In this document: piece by piece, positions 1 to 7,066 of the stretch
How the letters are laid out: every line of letters starts with the position of its first letter
Numbering within the stretch: position 1 is the first letter of the stretch
NCBI GenBank assembly: GCA_034722435.1
Contig: JAYENX010000029.1
Coordinates: forward strand, 1 to 13,836
Direction: 5' to 3'
Source: Nanobdellota archaeon
GTDB lineage: Archaea > Nanobdellota > Nanobdellia > Woesearchaeales > JAHWHD01
DNA length: 13,836 bases
Program-made: the position numbers and the translations under genes
The notes under the pieces: generated by a model
Databases searched by the model: none
Told to the model about the DNA's origin: nothing
Seen by the model: the letters and a program-made list of their open reading frames with translations, nothing else

Positions 1-79
1 ATTCTTTATGTAGTTCTAGCCAGAAATTGGAATGTTCAAATATCATGCCGTCCATGTCAAAGCAGATTAGTTTTGTCAT
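1..79 (-). CDS. HAD-superfamily hydrolase, 5' part only (runs off the left edge; possibly phosphoserine-phosphatase-like)
   Basis: Not in the ORF track. Manual translation from ATG at 79 gives MTKLICFDMDGMIFEHSNFWLELHKE..., open to the edge, with HAD motif I (hhhDxDG) at the N-terminus. Confidence 0.8.
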   Translation of the reverse strand, partial: MTKLICFDMDGMIFEHSNFWLELHKE

Positions 80-164
80 AAGTTTTTGTTTTTTAGAGAG
101 TTTATATAGTTTATTAATATCTTCTAATTACCTTTAAATAATTTACATATGTTCTATATATAAT

Positions 165-707
165 ATGAGAAAAACTTTGTTAGCTGCTATTGCATTTACA
201 TTATTAGGTGCTACAGCGTTCGCACAGGGTAGTATTGTTTCAACTGTTCCCACTACGGTTTCTATTTCTACTTCTGTTTTTACTACATCTACAAAAGTTG
301 ATGTTAAAAGGGATAAATTGAAAGATGGATTAAAAGATGCTTTGCAGAGTGTGTGTAAAGTGTATCGTACCAATTTAATAGAGGGTGGTGCTTACAGGTA
401 TCATCTGGTTGCTAAAAGAGGTGTAGTAAAGTACGACCTTATTTGTTGGTCGAAAGATAAAACTAAGATCGACAATTCTAAGCTCATTGTTAGTACTGCT
501 TACAGATCGAACTCTGAAATAGGTTTTGAGTATGCTCCTTTGTTTAAATATTTTGATAAAGGTGCGAATGCAAAGTGTGAAACTTTTAGAAGGGCGGGTT
601 CAGGTTTTATGGAAGAATATGAATCTAATAAACGAATTAAAAAGTGTTATAGAGGAGATCTTCATAATGCGTTACTTATTCTAGGATTACACAATTCGTC
701 CAAGTAA
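165..707 (+). CDS. Hypothetical secreted protein (Sec-type signal peptide, Ser/Thr-rich linker, 4 Cys)
   Basis: 180-aa ORF. N-terminus MRKTLLAAIAFTLLGATAFA|QG has basic, hydrophobic and AxA cleavage regions, followed by S/T-rich SIVSTVPTTVSISTSVFTTST. No family recognised. Overlaps the convergent HTH-CBS gene by 21 bp (687-707). Confidence 0.7.
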   Translation: MRKTLLAAIAFTLLGATAFAQGSIVSTVPTTVSISTSVFTTSTKVDVKRDKLKDGLKDALQSVCKVYRTNLIEGGAYRYHLVAKRGVVKYDLICWSKDKTKIDNSKLIVSTAYRSNSEIGFEYAPLFKYFDKGANAKCETFRRAGSGFMEEYESNKRIKKCYRGDLHNALLILGLHNSSK

Positions 708-1241
708 ATCTGCTTTTGTTATTATTCCCACTATTTTACCTTTTTTTGTTACTAAAAGCATGGGGAAATGTTTTAATAATGAAGATGCTACTTTTTGTGA
801 TGTTGTTATAGGTATAGACGGTGGGGGTTCTTTCATCACATCTTTTACAGTCAATTGAGTTATCTTTGAAGGGTTTTCAATTGAAGATATTTTTTCAAGA
901 ATGCTTGATTCGCTTACCAAACCTATTGTAATATTATTTTCTATAACGGGGAGTTGTGAGATGTTAAGTTTTCTTATTTTTTTGATGACATCTTTAATTT
1001 TGCAAGCAGATTTGACAGATGTGATTCTTTTGCACATGAAATCTTTTATTTTTATTTCTTGTTTTTTGTCAAGAAGTTCGAGAGTGTTAAAAATTTGTTT
1101 AGCTTTAGTATACGCTGGGTCGATTCTGCCCGCCTCAATCTTTGCAATTAATGATTGAGATACGTTTGCCTTTTTTGCAAGCTCGCCCTGAGTTAGGTTG
1201 AACTTTCTTCTCAATGTTTTTATGTCTTGGAGTTGTATCAT
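687..1241 (-). CDS. Cro/C1-type HTH transcriptional regulator with C-terminal CBS pair (COG3620-like)
   Basis: N-terminal IKTLRRKFNLTQGELAKKANVSQSLIAKIEAGRIDP is a classic HTH_3. It is followed by two CBS repeats (IKDFM..., ISQLPVI...IGLVSE; VKDVM..., GKIVGIITKADLL). Confidence 0.92.
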   Translation of the reverse strand: MIQLQDIKTLRRKFNLTQGELAKKANVSQSLIAKIEAGRIDPAYTKAKQIFNTLELLDKKQEIKIKDFMCKRITSVKSACKIKDVIKKIRKLNISQLPVIENNITIGLVSESSILEKISSIENPSKITQLTVKDVMKEPPPSIPITTSQKVASSLLKHFPMLLVTKKGKIVGIITKADLLGRIV

Positions 1242-1252
1242 TTTTTTAGTTA

Positions 1253-1300
1253 TTAGGCCGGTTCACCTGCCATCATAGGTAACAGTTTAATTGTTTTCAA
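1253..1300 (-). CDS. Candidate 15-aa upstream micro-ORF (MKTIKLLPMMAGEPA)
   Basis: TTG start at 1300 with AAGGAG (1313-1308) 7 nt upstream. Ends in tandem TAA TAA just before the HTH-CBS ATG. Sequence pattern only. Confidence 0.25.
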   Translation of the reverse strand: MKTIKLLPMMAGEPA

Positions 1301-1416
1301 TTATATTCTCCTTTATAATGCTTATGGAACAATAATAATTCTTAGTATGAAAATATTCCAATTCGAATAATTGTGTCAAGATGTTTTATATATTATTTAG
1401 TGTGGATTTGAGTGGT

Positions 1417-1662
1417 ATGAGTTGCGAAATGCCGATAGGGGTTGAGTTTCATAGGGCTTTGTCTTATTTTGACAAAAATGAGTTATTTGCGAAGAAGCCG
1501 TATGTTGCCTGGCCGGATGAACAGAGACTTGAATTATTAAGGTATATGTCTAGCGAGTTAGAGGCGTCTCGAGCATATCAGAGAACAAAAGCAGAAGTGC
1601 TTGATAAATTAACTGAAACAATACTTGAACTTGAGGTGAAAATAAATGAAAAGAATAATTAG
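1417..1662 (+). CDS. Hypothetical protein, probably first gene of the metK transcript
   Basis: The ORF track starts it at 1381. ATG 1417 (MSCEMPIG...) follows a purine-rich GAGTGGT and is more plausible. Helical, charged C-terminus. Its 3' end carries the metK SD and overlaps the metK start. Confidence 0.6.
   Translation: MSCEMPIGVEFHRALSYFDKNELFAKKPYVAWPDEQRLELLRYMSSELEASRAYQRTKAEVLDKLTETILELEVKINEKNN
1633..1639 (+). promoter_or_regulatory. Shine-Dalgarno site for metK (GAGGTGA)
   Basis: GAGGTGA 6 nt upstream of ATG 1646, complementary to the archaeal 16S 3' end (UCACCUC). Confidence 0.75.
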
Positions 1663-2806
1663 TTCTGAGTCAGTGACTGAAGGTCATCCTGACAAAATGT
1701 GTGATAAAATGAGTGATGCGATTTTAGATGCTATCTTTAAAGCGGATCCTACTGCAAGAGTTGCTTGCGAGTGCGGTACAAAGAATGGTGGTGTTATGGT
1801 CTTTGGGGAGATTACAACATCAACCTATGTAGATATTCCGTCTGTTGTGCGGCACACAATAAAGGATATAGGTTATACGCATGCAGATTATGGTATTGAA
1901 TGGGAAACTGCAGCTGTATGGGTTCAGATAACTGAACAATCTCCCGATATTTCTCAAGGAGTATCTTCAGGTGAAGGTATGCATAAGGAGCAAGGTGCAG
2001 GTGACCAAGGTATGATGTATGGGTTTGCATGTAATGAAACTCCAGAGTTAATGCCTATGCCGATTGTGTATGCACATAAGCTTACAAGGAAGTTAGCAGA
2101 GGTTAGAAAGACAGGATTAATTCCTTGGGTAAGGCCTGATGGTAAGTCACAGGTTTCAGTAGAGTATGATGAAAATGGTAAGCCTGTAAGAATTGATACT
2201 GTAGTTATTTCAACACAGCATGATGATGGTGTTACTTATGAAACAATTAAGGAAGAGATTGTTACTAAGGTTATTAATCCTGTATGTGGTGAGTTAATGG
2301 ATGATAAAACGATTGTTCATGTAAATCCTACTGGTGCTTTTGTAAGAGGAGGTCCGTATGCTGATGCTGGATTGACTGGAAGGAAAATTATAGTTGATAC
2401 GTATGGTGGTGTAGGCAGACATGGTGGTGGAGCTTTTTCCGGAAAGGATCCTAGTAAAGTTGATCGTTCAGCTGCATATGCTGCAAGGTATATTGCAAAA
2501 AATATTGTTGCAGCTGGTTTAGCTGACAAGTGCGAAGTTCAACTTGCTTATGCAATAGGAGTTGCTGAGCCTGTATCTATCAATGTAGATACTTTTGGAA
2601 CTGGTAAAATCCCTGAGGATAAAATATCTGAGTTAGTACGGAAACATTTCCCTACCAAGCCCGCAGATATCTTGGAACAGTTAAATCTTAGAAGACCTAT
2701 CTACTACAAAACTGCTGCATATGGTCACTTTGGAAGGAATGATCCTGATTTTACATGGGAGAAAACTGATAAAGTGGATGTTTTGAAGCAAGACGCAGGT
2801 CTTTAA
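1646..2806 (+). CDS. metK: S-adenosylmethionine synthetase (methionine adenosyltransferase), bacterial/eukaryotic type
   Basis: 386 aa with [46 protein letters not shown] and TAAYGHFG motifs. Confidence 0.98.
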   Translation: MKRIISSESVTEGHPDKMCDKMSDAILDAIFKADPTARVACECGTKNGGVMVFGEITTSTYVDIPSVVRHTIKDIGYTHADYGIEWETAAVWVQITEQSPDISQGVSSGEGMHKEQGAGDQGMMYGFACNETPELMPMPIVYAHKLTRKLAEVRKTGLIPWVRPDGKSQVSVEYDENGKPVRIDTVVISTQHDDGVTYETIKEEIVTKVINPVCGELMDDKTIVHVNPTGAFVRGGPYADAGLTGRKIIVDTYGGVGRHGGGAFSGKDPSKVDRSAAYAARYIAKNIVAAGLADKCEVQLAYAIGVAEPVSINVDTFGTGKIPEDKISELVRKHFPTKPADILEQLNLRRPIYYKTAAYGHFGRNDPDFTWEKTDKVDVLKQDAGL

Positions 2807-2870
2807 ATCGTAAGTTTTTTATATTATTTTTATTTTCTTTTTCTTATATTTTAAGAGTTTCTCCGTAAGC

Positions 2871-2878
2871 TTTTTAAA
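2871..2878 (+). promoter_or_regulatory. Putative archaeal TATA box for the duplicated gene pair
   Basis: TTTTTAAA after a purine-containing CCGTAAGC, ~55 nt upstream of ATG 2932. The genome is AT-rich, so this is weak evidence. Confidence 0.35.
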
Positions 2879-2921
2879 TGACCCTTATGCAAAAGGTATA
2901 ATACATATGTAATATATGTTC

Positions 2922-3501
2922 AGGTATAAAAATGGTTAAACAAATTTCAGAAGCAGCAATTGGTTTATTGTTATCGCATGATAATAATTCGAACCCTGAT
3001 AAAATGTCAGTTAAACTTGCAGATATGTTGGAAAAATTAGTAGATTTAGGTCATAGAAGTCCAGTACTTTCTTTTATGGGTAATGATTTTTATAAATCTT
3101 GTTCTCGAAATGGTTATACTTGTGAGGGTTTGAAGAATATTTTACAACTTAGTAAAAAATTGTGTCCTAATTATGTTGAACCAATGCAGACCTGTGAAAT
3201 GCAAAAATATGCTTAGGTATAAAAAATGACTAAAATAACTTCAGAAGCAGCAATTGAATTATTGTTATCTCATGATAATAATTCGAATCCTGATAAGACG
3301 TCTGTTTTACTTGCAGATATGTTGGAAAGATTAGTAGAATTAGGGTATAGAAGTTCGGTACTTTCTTTTATGACTAATGATTTTTATAGGTCTTGTGCTA
3401 AAGAAGGTCATTCTGGTGAGGATTTGCAGAATCTTTTGCAGCTTAGTAAAAAATTGTGTCCTAATTATGTTGAGCCAACACCTGCATATGAAATGCAAAA
3501 A
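2922..3501 (+). repeat. Tandem direct duplication (~290-bp unit; copies 2922-3207 and 3215-3501)
   Basis: Both copies start AGGTATAAAAA(A)ATG and end GAAATGCAAAAA. The two ATGs are 294 nt apart and the coding parts align without indels. Confidence 0.95.
2932..3216 (+). CDS. Hypothetical protein, short paralog of the N-terminal domain of the downstream gene
   Basis: 94 aa. 67/92 residues are identical (manual count) to residues 1-92 of the 3226-3909 product. Confidence 0.75.
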   Translation: MVKQISEAAIGLLLSHDNNSNPDKMSVKLADMLEKLVDLGHRSPVLSFMGNDFYKSCSRNGYTCEGLKNILQLSKKLCPNYVEPMQTCEMQKYA

Positions 3502-3909
3502 AGTGGAATTTATTTATTGAAACAAAAGTTTAAGGATTCAACAGGGGAACAACGAAAATATTTTAGACAACTTTGGGATAATACTCCTGAAGAGAAAAGG
3601 GGCGATCTTATTGAAAGGATGGCTATTATTGATTGTGATCATACTTTAGATTATTTTTTAGAGCACGGTCCTGATTTTTTAGGAAGTTTAAATGATGGCG
3701 ATTCCGCAGCTGTGATTGATCTTATGGTTGATGTAAATTGTAATGAAACTTTAAGATTGTTGTTAGAATATGGAAAAGAACATTGTACCAATGGTGGTAA
3801 GAAATTATTTATGCAACTTTTGCAAACATATGCTCGAGATTTAAGAGATGAAAAGTCAAAACCTGCTGAAGTTATGGGTTACATTCATTCTGAAGTTAAA
3901 AAAGGTTAA
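3226..3909 (+). CDS. Hypothetical alpha-helical protein with two degenerate 35-aa repeats
   Basis: 227-aa ORF. Repeats LIERMAIIDCDHTLDYFLEHG and VIDLMVDVNCNETLRLLLEYG. Its stop shares a TTAA (3906-3909) with the convergent apt stop. Confidence 0.8.
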   Translation: MTKITSEAAIELLLSHDNNSNPDKTSVLLADMLERLVELGYRSSVLSFMTNDFYRSCAKEGHSGEDLQNLLQLSKKLCPNYVEPTPAYEMQKSGIYLLKQKFKDSTGEQRKYFRQLWDNTPEEKRGDLIERMAIIDCDHTLDYFLEHGPDFLGSLNDGDSAAVIDLMVDVNCNETLRLLLEYGKEHCTNGGKKLFMQLLQTYARDLRDEKSKPAEVMGYIHSEVKKG

Positions 3910-5009
3910 TCTCCTTCGAATTCTACCATTTTATAGACATTATAACCTTTATCTTGAAGTTTTTTTGTACCGCCTAAATCTGGAAGGTCTACCATGAAAG
4001 CGCATTCTGCAACTTTACCGCCTAGCTTTTCAACAAGTTCAGCTGCTGCGATACATGTACCTCCTGTAGCTAATAGATCGTCTATGATTAGTACGTTTTG
4101 GCCGGGTTCAATTGCATCTTTATGTAATGTTAATTTATCTGGACCGTATTCTTTCATGTATTCAGCTTCAACAGTTTCTGCTGGAAGTTTGCCAGGTTTT
4201 CTTATAGGTATAAAGCCAAGACCTAGTTGATGTGCTAAAGCTCCTCCTATGATTAAACCTCTTGCTTCAATTCCTGCGATAATGTCAATCTTTTTGCCGA
4301 TGTATCTTTGTACAAGGACATCGATAACTTTTCTAAATCCTACAGGGTCTTTCATTAATGTTGTTACGTCTCTGAACATGATGCCTTCCTTTGGCCAGTT
4401 TGGTATTGTCCTTATTAAGTTTTTTAGATCTTCCATAGTATTATCACCTTGTATTTCTTTAATCATTTTTTTAATTTTTTTAATAGGGAGGCCCATGATG
4501 TTTGAGTAGCTACCTTCTACTTTTTCAACAAAACAGTTGAATTCGGTATCGTCGATATTGTAAGCGCCGGCTTTTGATTTGTAAAGCCCTGATTCTATAT
4601 ATTTTTCAAGTTCTTGGTCAGGTATATCGCCTAACGTAACAAGTGAAGTGTCGGAGCCTTGAATAATTTTTCCTGTCTTTGTATTGATTAAGCAGAGGCC
4701 GGAGAAAACTTCGTGCGTCTTTCCTCTTAATAATTTTAATGTGGTTCTTGCGTTTGCGTCTGTATGTTGTTGACCTATCTCTTTACCTTCAAAATAAACT
4801 AAAGTGTCGGCGGCTATAATGATAGAATCTTTATGTCTTTTTGAGACTGTAAGAGCTTTTTGTTTTGCAAGTTCCATAGTAAGATCTTTGACATTATCTT
4901 TTGTTATAGAATCTTCGTCAAAGTTGCTAGGGTCAATAGTTATATCGTAACCGTGTTCACTAAGTATTTTTTTACGTCTTGCAGAGTTTGAGGCTAGGAT
5001 TAGTTTCAT
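3906..5009 (-). CDS. maf-apt: Maf (YhdE-type nucleoside triphosphate pyrophosphatase) - adenine phosphoribosyltransferase fusion ORF
   Basis: aa 1-191 are Maf-like (LILASNSARRKKIL, IIIAADTLV, KAGAYNI, GSYSNIMGLP). aa 192-367 are APRT-like (IRTIPNWPKEGIMFRDVTTL, IEARGL, IRKPGKLP, PRPP loop IIDDLLATGGT). One uninterrupted frame. Confidence 0.92.
   Translation of the reverse strand: MKLILASNSARRKKILSEHGYDITIDPSNFDEDSITKDNVKDLTMELAKQKALTVSKRHKDSIIIAADTLVYFEGKEIGQQHTDANARTTLKLLRGKTHEVFSGLCLINTKTGKIIQGSDTSLVTLGDIPDQELEKYIESGLYKSKAGAYNIDDTEFNCFVEKVEGSYSNIMGLPIKKIKKMIKEIQGDNTMEDLKNLIRTIPNWPKEGIMFRDVTTLMKDPVGFRKVIDVLVQRYIGKKIDIIAGIEARGLIIGGALAHQLGLGFIPIRKPGKLPAETVEAEYMKEYGPDKLTLHKDAIEPGQNVLIIDDLLATGGTCIAAAELVEKLGGKVAECAFMVDLPDLGGTKKLQDKGYNVYKMVEFEGD
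4444..4449 (-). promoter_or_regulatory. Internal Shine-Dalgarno (AGGTGA) ahead of the APRT-domain ATG at 4436
   Basis: Minus strand reads CAAGGTGATAATACTATGGAAGAT. The SD lies 7 nt upstream of Met192, similar to the metK SD spacing. Confidence 0.6.
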
Positions 5010-5569
5010 TTGAACATCTCCTCTAATATTTCAAGAGCTATGGGAAGTTCTGGACAGTTGTCGCTTGCACCCATGTGTCCTTTCTTTTCTAAGATGAGTG
5101 TTTCTGCTTCTAATTTATTTTTAAATATTTTAGAATCTGAAACAGGTACATAAGGATCATTATCAGAGAAGATAGTAACTATCTTTTTACAATTTTGTTT
5201 TATCTTGTCTGTGTTGATAGGAGTTTCAAGCCAAGGTTTTGCAATTTGTTGTTCTTCATCACCCATGCTTCCTTCTATAAGGTTGAAAAATCCTGCAACA
5301 AATAAGGCGCCGCCAATTTTTATGTTTAAATCTACGATATAACGCATTATTGTTTGGCAGCCTATACTATGTCCGATAAAAAAAGTATTCTCATCAGGTT
5401 GAACATGTTTTTTTAGAAAGTTGACCCATTCTTCAATATTAGGTGTATCTTTGTTTGGCATTTGAGGAACTTGAACTTCGTGACCTTTTTCTTCTAATTT
5501 ATTTTTTAGCCAAGGAAACCATGCTTCTTCTGGATGGCCTGACCAACCATGAATTATGAATATTTTCAT
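5006..5569 (-). CDS. RBBP9/YdeN-family alpha/beta serine hydrolase
   Basis: IFIIHGWSGHPEEAWFPWL, nucleophile elbow GHSIG, SDNDPYVP and GHMG (Ser-Asp-His triad). 4-bp ATGA overlaps with both neighbours. Confidence 0.92.
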   Translation of the reverse strand: MKIFIIHGWSGHPEEAWFPWLKNKLEEKGHEVQVPQMPNKDTPNIEEWVNFLKKHVQPDENTFFIGHSIGCQTIMRYIVDLNIKIGGALFVAGFFNLIEGSMGDEEQQIAKPWLETPINTDKIKQNCKKIVTIFSDNDPYVPVSDSKIFKNKLEAETLILEKKGHMGASDNCPELPIALEILEEMFK

Positions 5570-6318
5570 TCTACCACCTTAGGTATTGTATTTATTAATA
5601 AGTCTGTTACTTTTTCAACATTTTCTTTGAAAACTTTTAATATGTCTTCCCATTCAACAGGAGCTTCGTTATCTTTCCAGCAATCGTAGTCAGTTGACAT
5701 GGCAACTGCTGCGTAAGGTATGCCTGCTTCGTTTGCAAGAGCGCATTCAGGTGCTACTGACATGTTAATCACGTCTGCGCCCCATGCTCTGAACATGTGA
5801 GACTCTGCTTTAGTTGAGAATCTTGGACCTTCAATTGTGATGACTGTACCTTTTTCGTGATGTTTTAGGTTTAGTTCTTGAGCTGTATGTATTAGATTTC
5901 TTCTTAGAGATTTGTTAAACGGTTCAGCCATAGGTGTATGTTTCGCGTTATGTGCTTCGAAACTATCGTGAAATGTGATTGTTCGATGGCGTGTAAAGTC
6001 TATGAATTGGTCAAGGATTACAAAGTCGCCTCTTCCTATTTCTTCTTTTAATGAGCCGCAGGCTGTTGTTGCAAGAATATGTGTGCAACCTTGTTCTTTT
6101 AAAGCGTGGATATTGGCTCTGAAGTTTACGCCTGTTGGCGTTATTGTGTGTGCATGTCCGTGTCTTGCTATAAGTACAACGTCAATACCTTTAATCGTAC
6201 CAATTTTAAGTGGGGATGACGGTTTTCCGTATGTAGTTGTTACATCAATCTCTTTACAGTTTTCAAGAATGTCCGGGTTATCTAAACCAGAACCGCCTAT
6301 AATTCCAAGTTTTATCAT
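5566..6318 (-). CDS. mtnP: 5'-methylthioadenosine phosphorylase (MTAP)
   Basis: GIIGGSGL, ARHG, ANIHALK, TTACGSL, DQFID, IEGPRFST, ADVINMS and STDYDCW. The Asp-x-Asp in TDYD indicates 6-aminopurine (MTA/adenosine) specificity. Confidence 0.96.
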   Translation of the reverse strand: MIKLGIIGGSGLDNPDILENCKEIDVTTTYGKPSSPLKIGTIKGIDVVLIARHGHAHTITPTGVNFRANIHALKEQGCTHILATTACGSLKEEIGRGDFVILDQFIDFTRHRTITFHDSFEAHNAKHTPMAEPFNKSLRRNLIHTAQELNLKHHEKGTVITIEGPRFSTKAESHMFRAWGADVINMSVAPECALANEAGIPYAAVAMSTDYDCWKDNEAPVEWEDILKVFKENVEKVTDLLINTIPKVVE

Positions 6319-6547
6319 TTGTAATAAACTTAGAAAGGTGATTGTTTATATTTTTTTTGGAACTTGAGAGGGTTGATTTTTGTTGTTATGCTTGTGCATA
6401 GTTCGTTCGCACTTTCCGTAGGTTGTGTTTGTATTATGGAAAGTCATGTTTTATATTAATAATGGGCAACGTGCTCACTGGTATTTCAAGCATTATGTAC
6501 ATACTTGTTATGATAATCTTTATTAATAATCATTTTTTTAAAGTGTT

Positions 6548-7015
6548 ATGGAAAAACAATTAGAGTTTGAAGTTATTGGTATAGTTGAATCTGAGTATGA
6601 AAATCCTAAAGATTTAATTTTTGCTTGTGAGAAAGGGTTAAAGACTGAAACTTATTCTAAAATTGTTATTGAAGATAAATATAAAGAAGGTCTTAAGGGG
6701 TTAGAAGAGTTTTCGCACATGTTTGTTATGTTTCATCTTGATAAAGCTACAAAAATGGAGATTGTTACACATCCTGGTCCTCCTGATATTGATTTGCCAA
6801 GAGTGGGGGTTTTTGCTTCAAGAAGTCAGTATAGGCCGAATCATATAGCGCTTCGATTAGTGAAAATTGAAAAAGTTGAAAATGGTGTTGTATTTGTTAA
6901 AGGGTTAGATGCTATTAATGGTACAAAAATCTTAGATATAAAACCTTATGTCCCTGGTTTTGATAGACCTGGTGAGTTTAAAGTTGCGTCTTGGTATACT
7001 TGGTTTGACAAGTGA
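6548..7015 (+). CDS. tsaA: TsaA/TrmO-family (UPF0066) SAM-binding protein, putative tRNA t6A37 N6-methyltransferase (N-terminal domain only)
   Basis: IGIVES, GLKGLEEFSHMFVMFHLD, GVFASRSQYRPNHI and VKGLDAINGTKILDIKPY motifs. 155 aa, with no C-terminal extension. Confidence 0.9.
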   Translation: MEKQLEFEVIGIVESEYENPKDLIFACEKGLKTETYSKIVIEDKYKEGLKGLEEFSHMFVMFHLDKATKMEIVTHPGPPDIDLPRVGVFASRSQYRPNHIALRLVKIEKVENGVVFVKGLDAINGTKILDIKPYVPGFDRPGEFKVASWYTWFDK

Positions 7016-7045
7016 GAATGTTTTCTTTGTTTTTTTTAATTTTAA

Positions 7046-7066
7046 ATTATTATTATTATTATTATT
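7046..7066. repeat. (ATT)7 trinucleotide microsatellite
   Basis: Seven perfect ATT units followed by ATC ATT, in the intergenic region after a poly-T tract. Confidence 0.95.

Noticed and set aside
3214-3225. Stop-codon readthrough (e.g. pyrrolysine) joining the two in-frame duplicated ORFs
   Set aside because: The ORFs are in the same frame (294-nt offset), but TAG is followed by GTA TAA, a second stop, and the downstream gene has its own duplicated leader.
3906-3909. Convergent genes sharing a TTAA stop, and the 21-bp tail-to-tail overlap at 687-707
   Set aside because: Short convergent overlaps are common in compact AT-rich genomes and do not imply a special function.
6388-6444. Hairpin ACTTTCCGTAG/TTATGGAAAGT plus ATGC-TTGT-GCAT in the mtnP-tsaA spacer as a SAM or purine riboswitch
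   Set aside because: It is a single ~11-bp stem with no SAM-I/II or purine riboswitch consensus. Short ORFs in this spacer (23 aa +, 33 aa -) lack convincing SD or composition.
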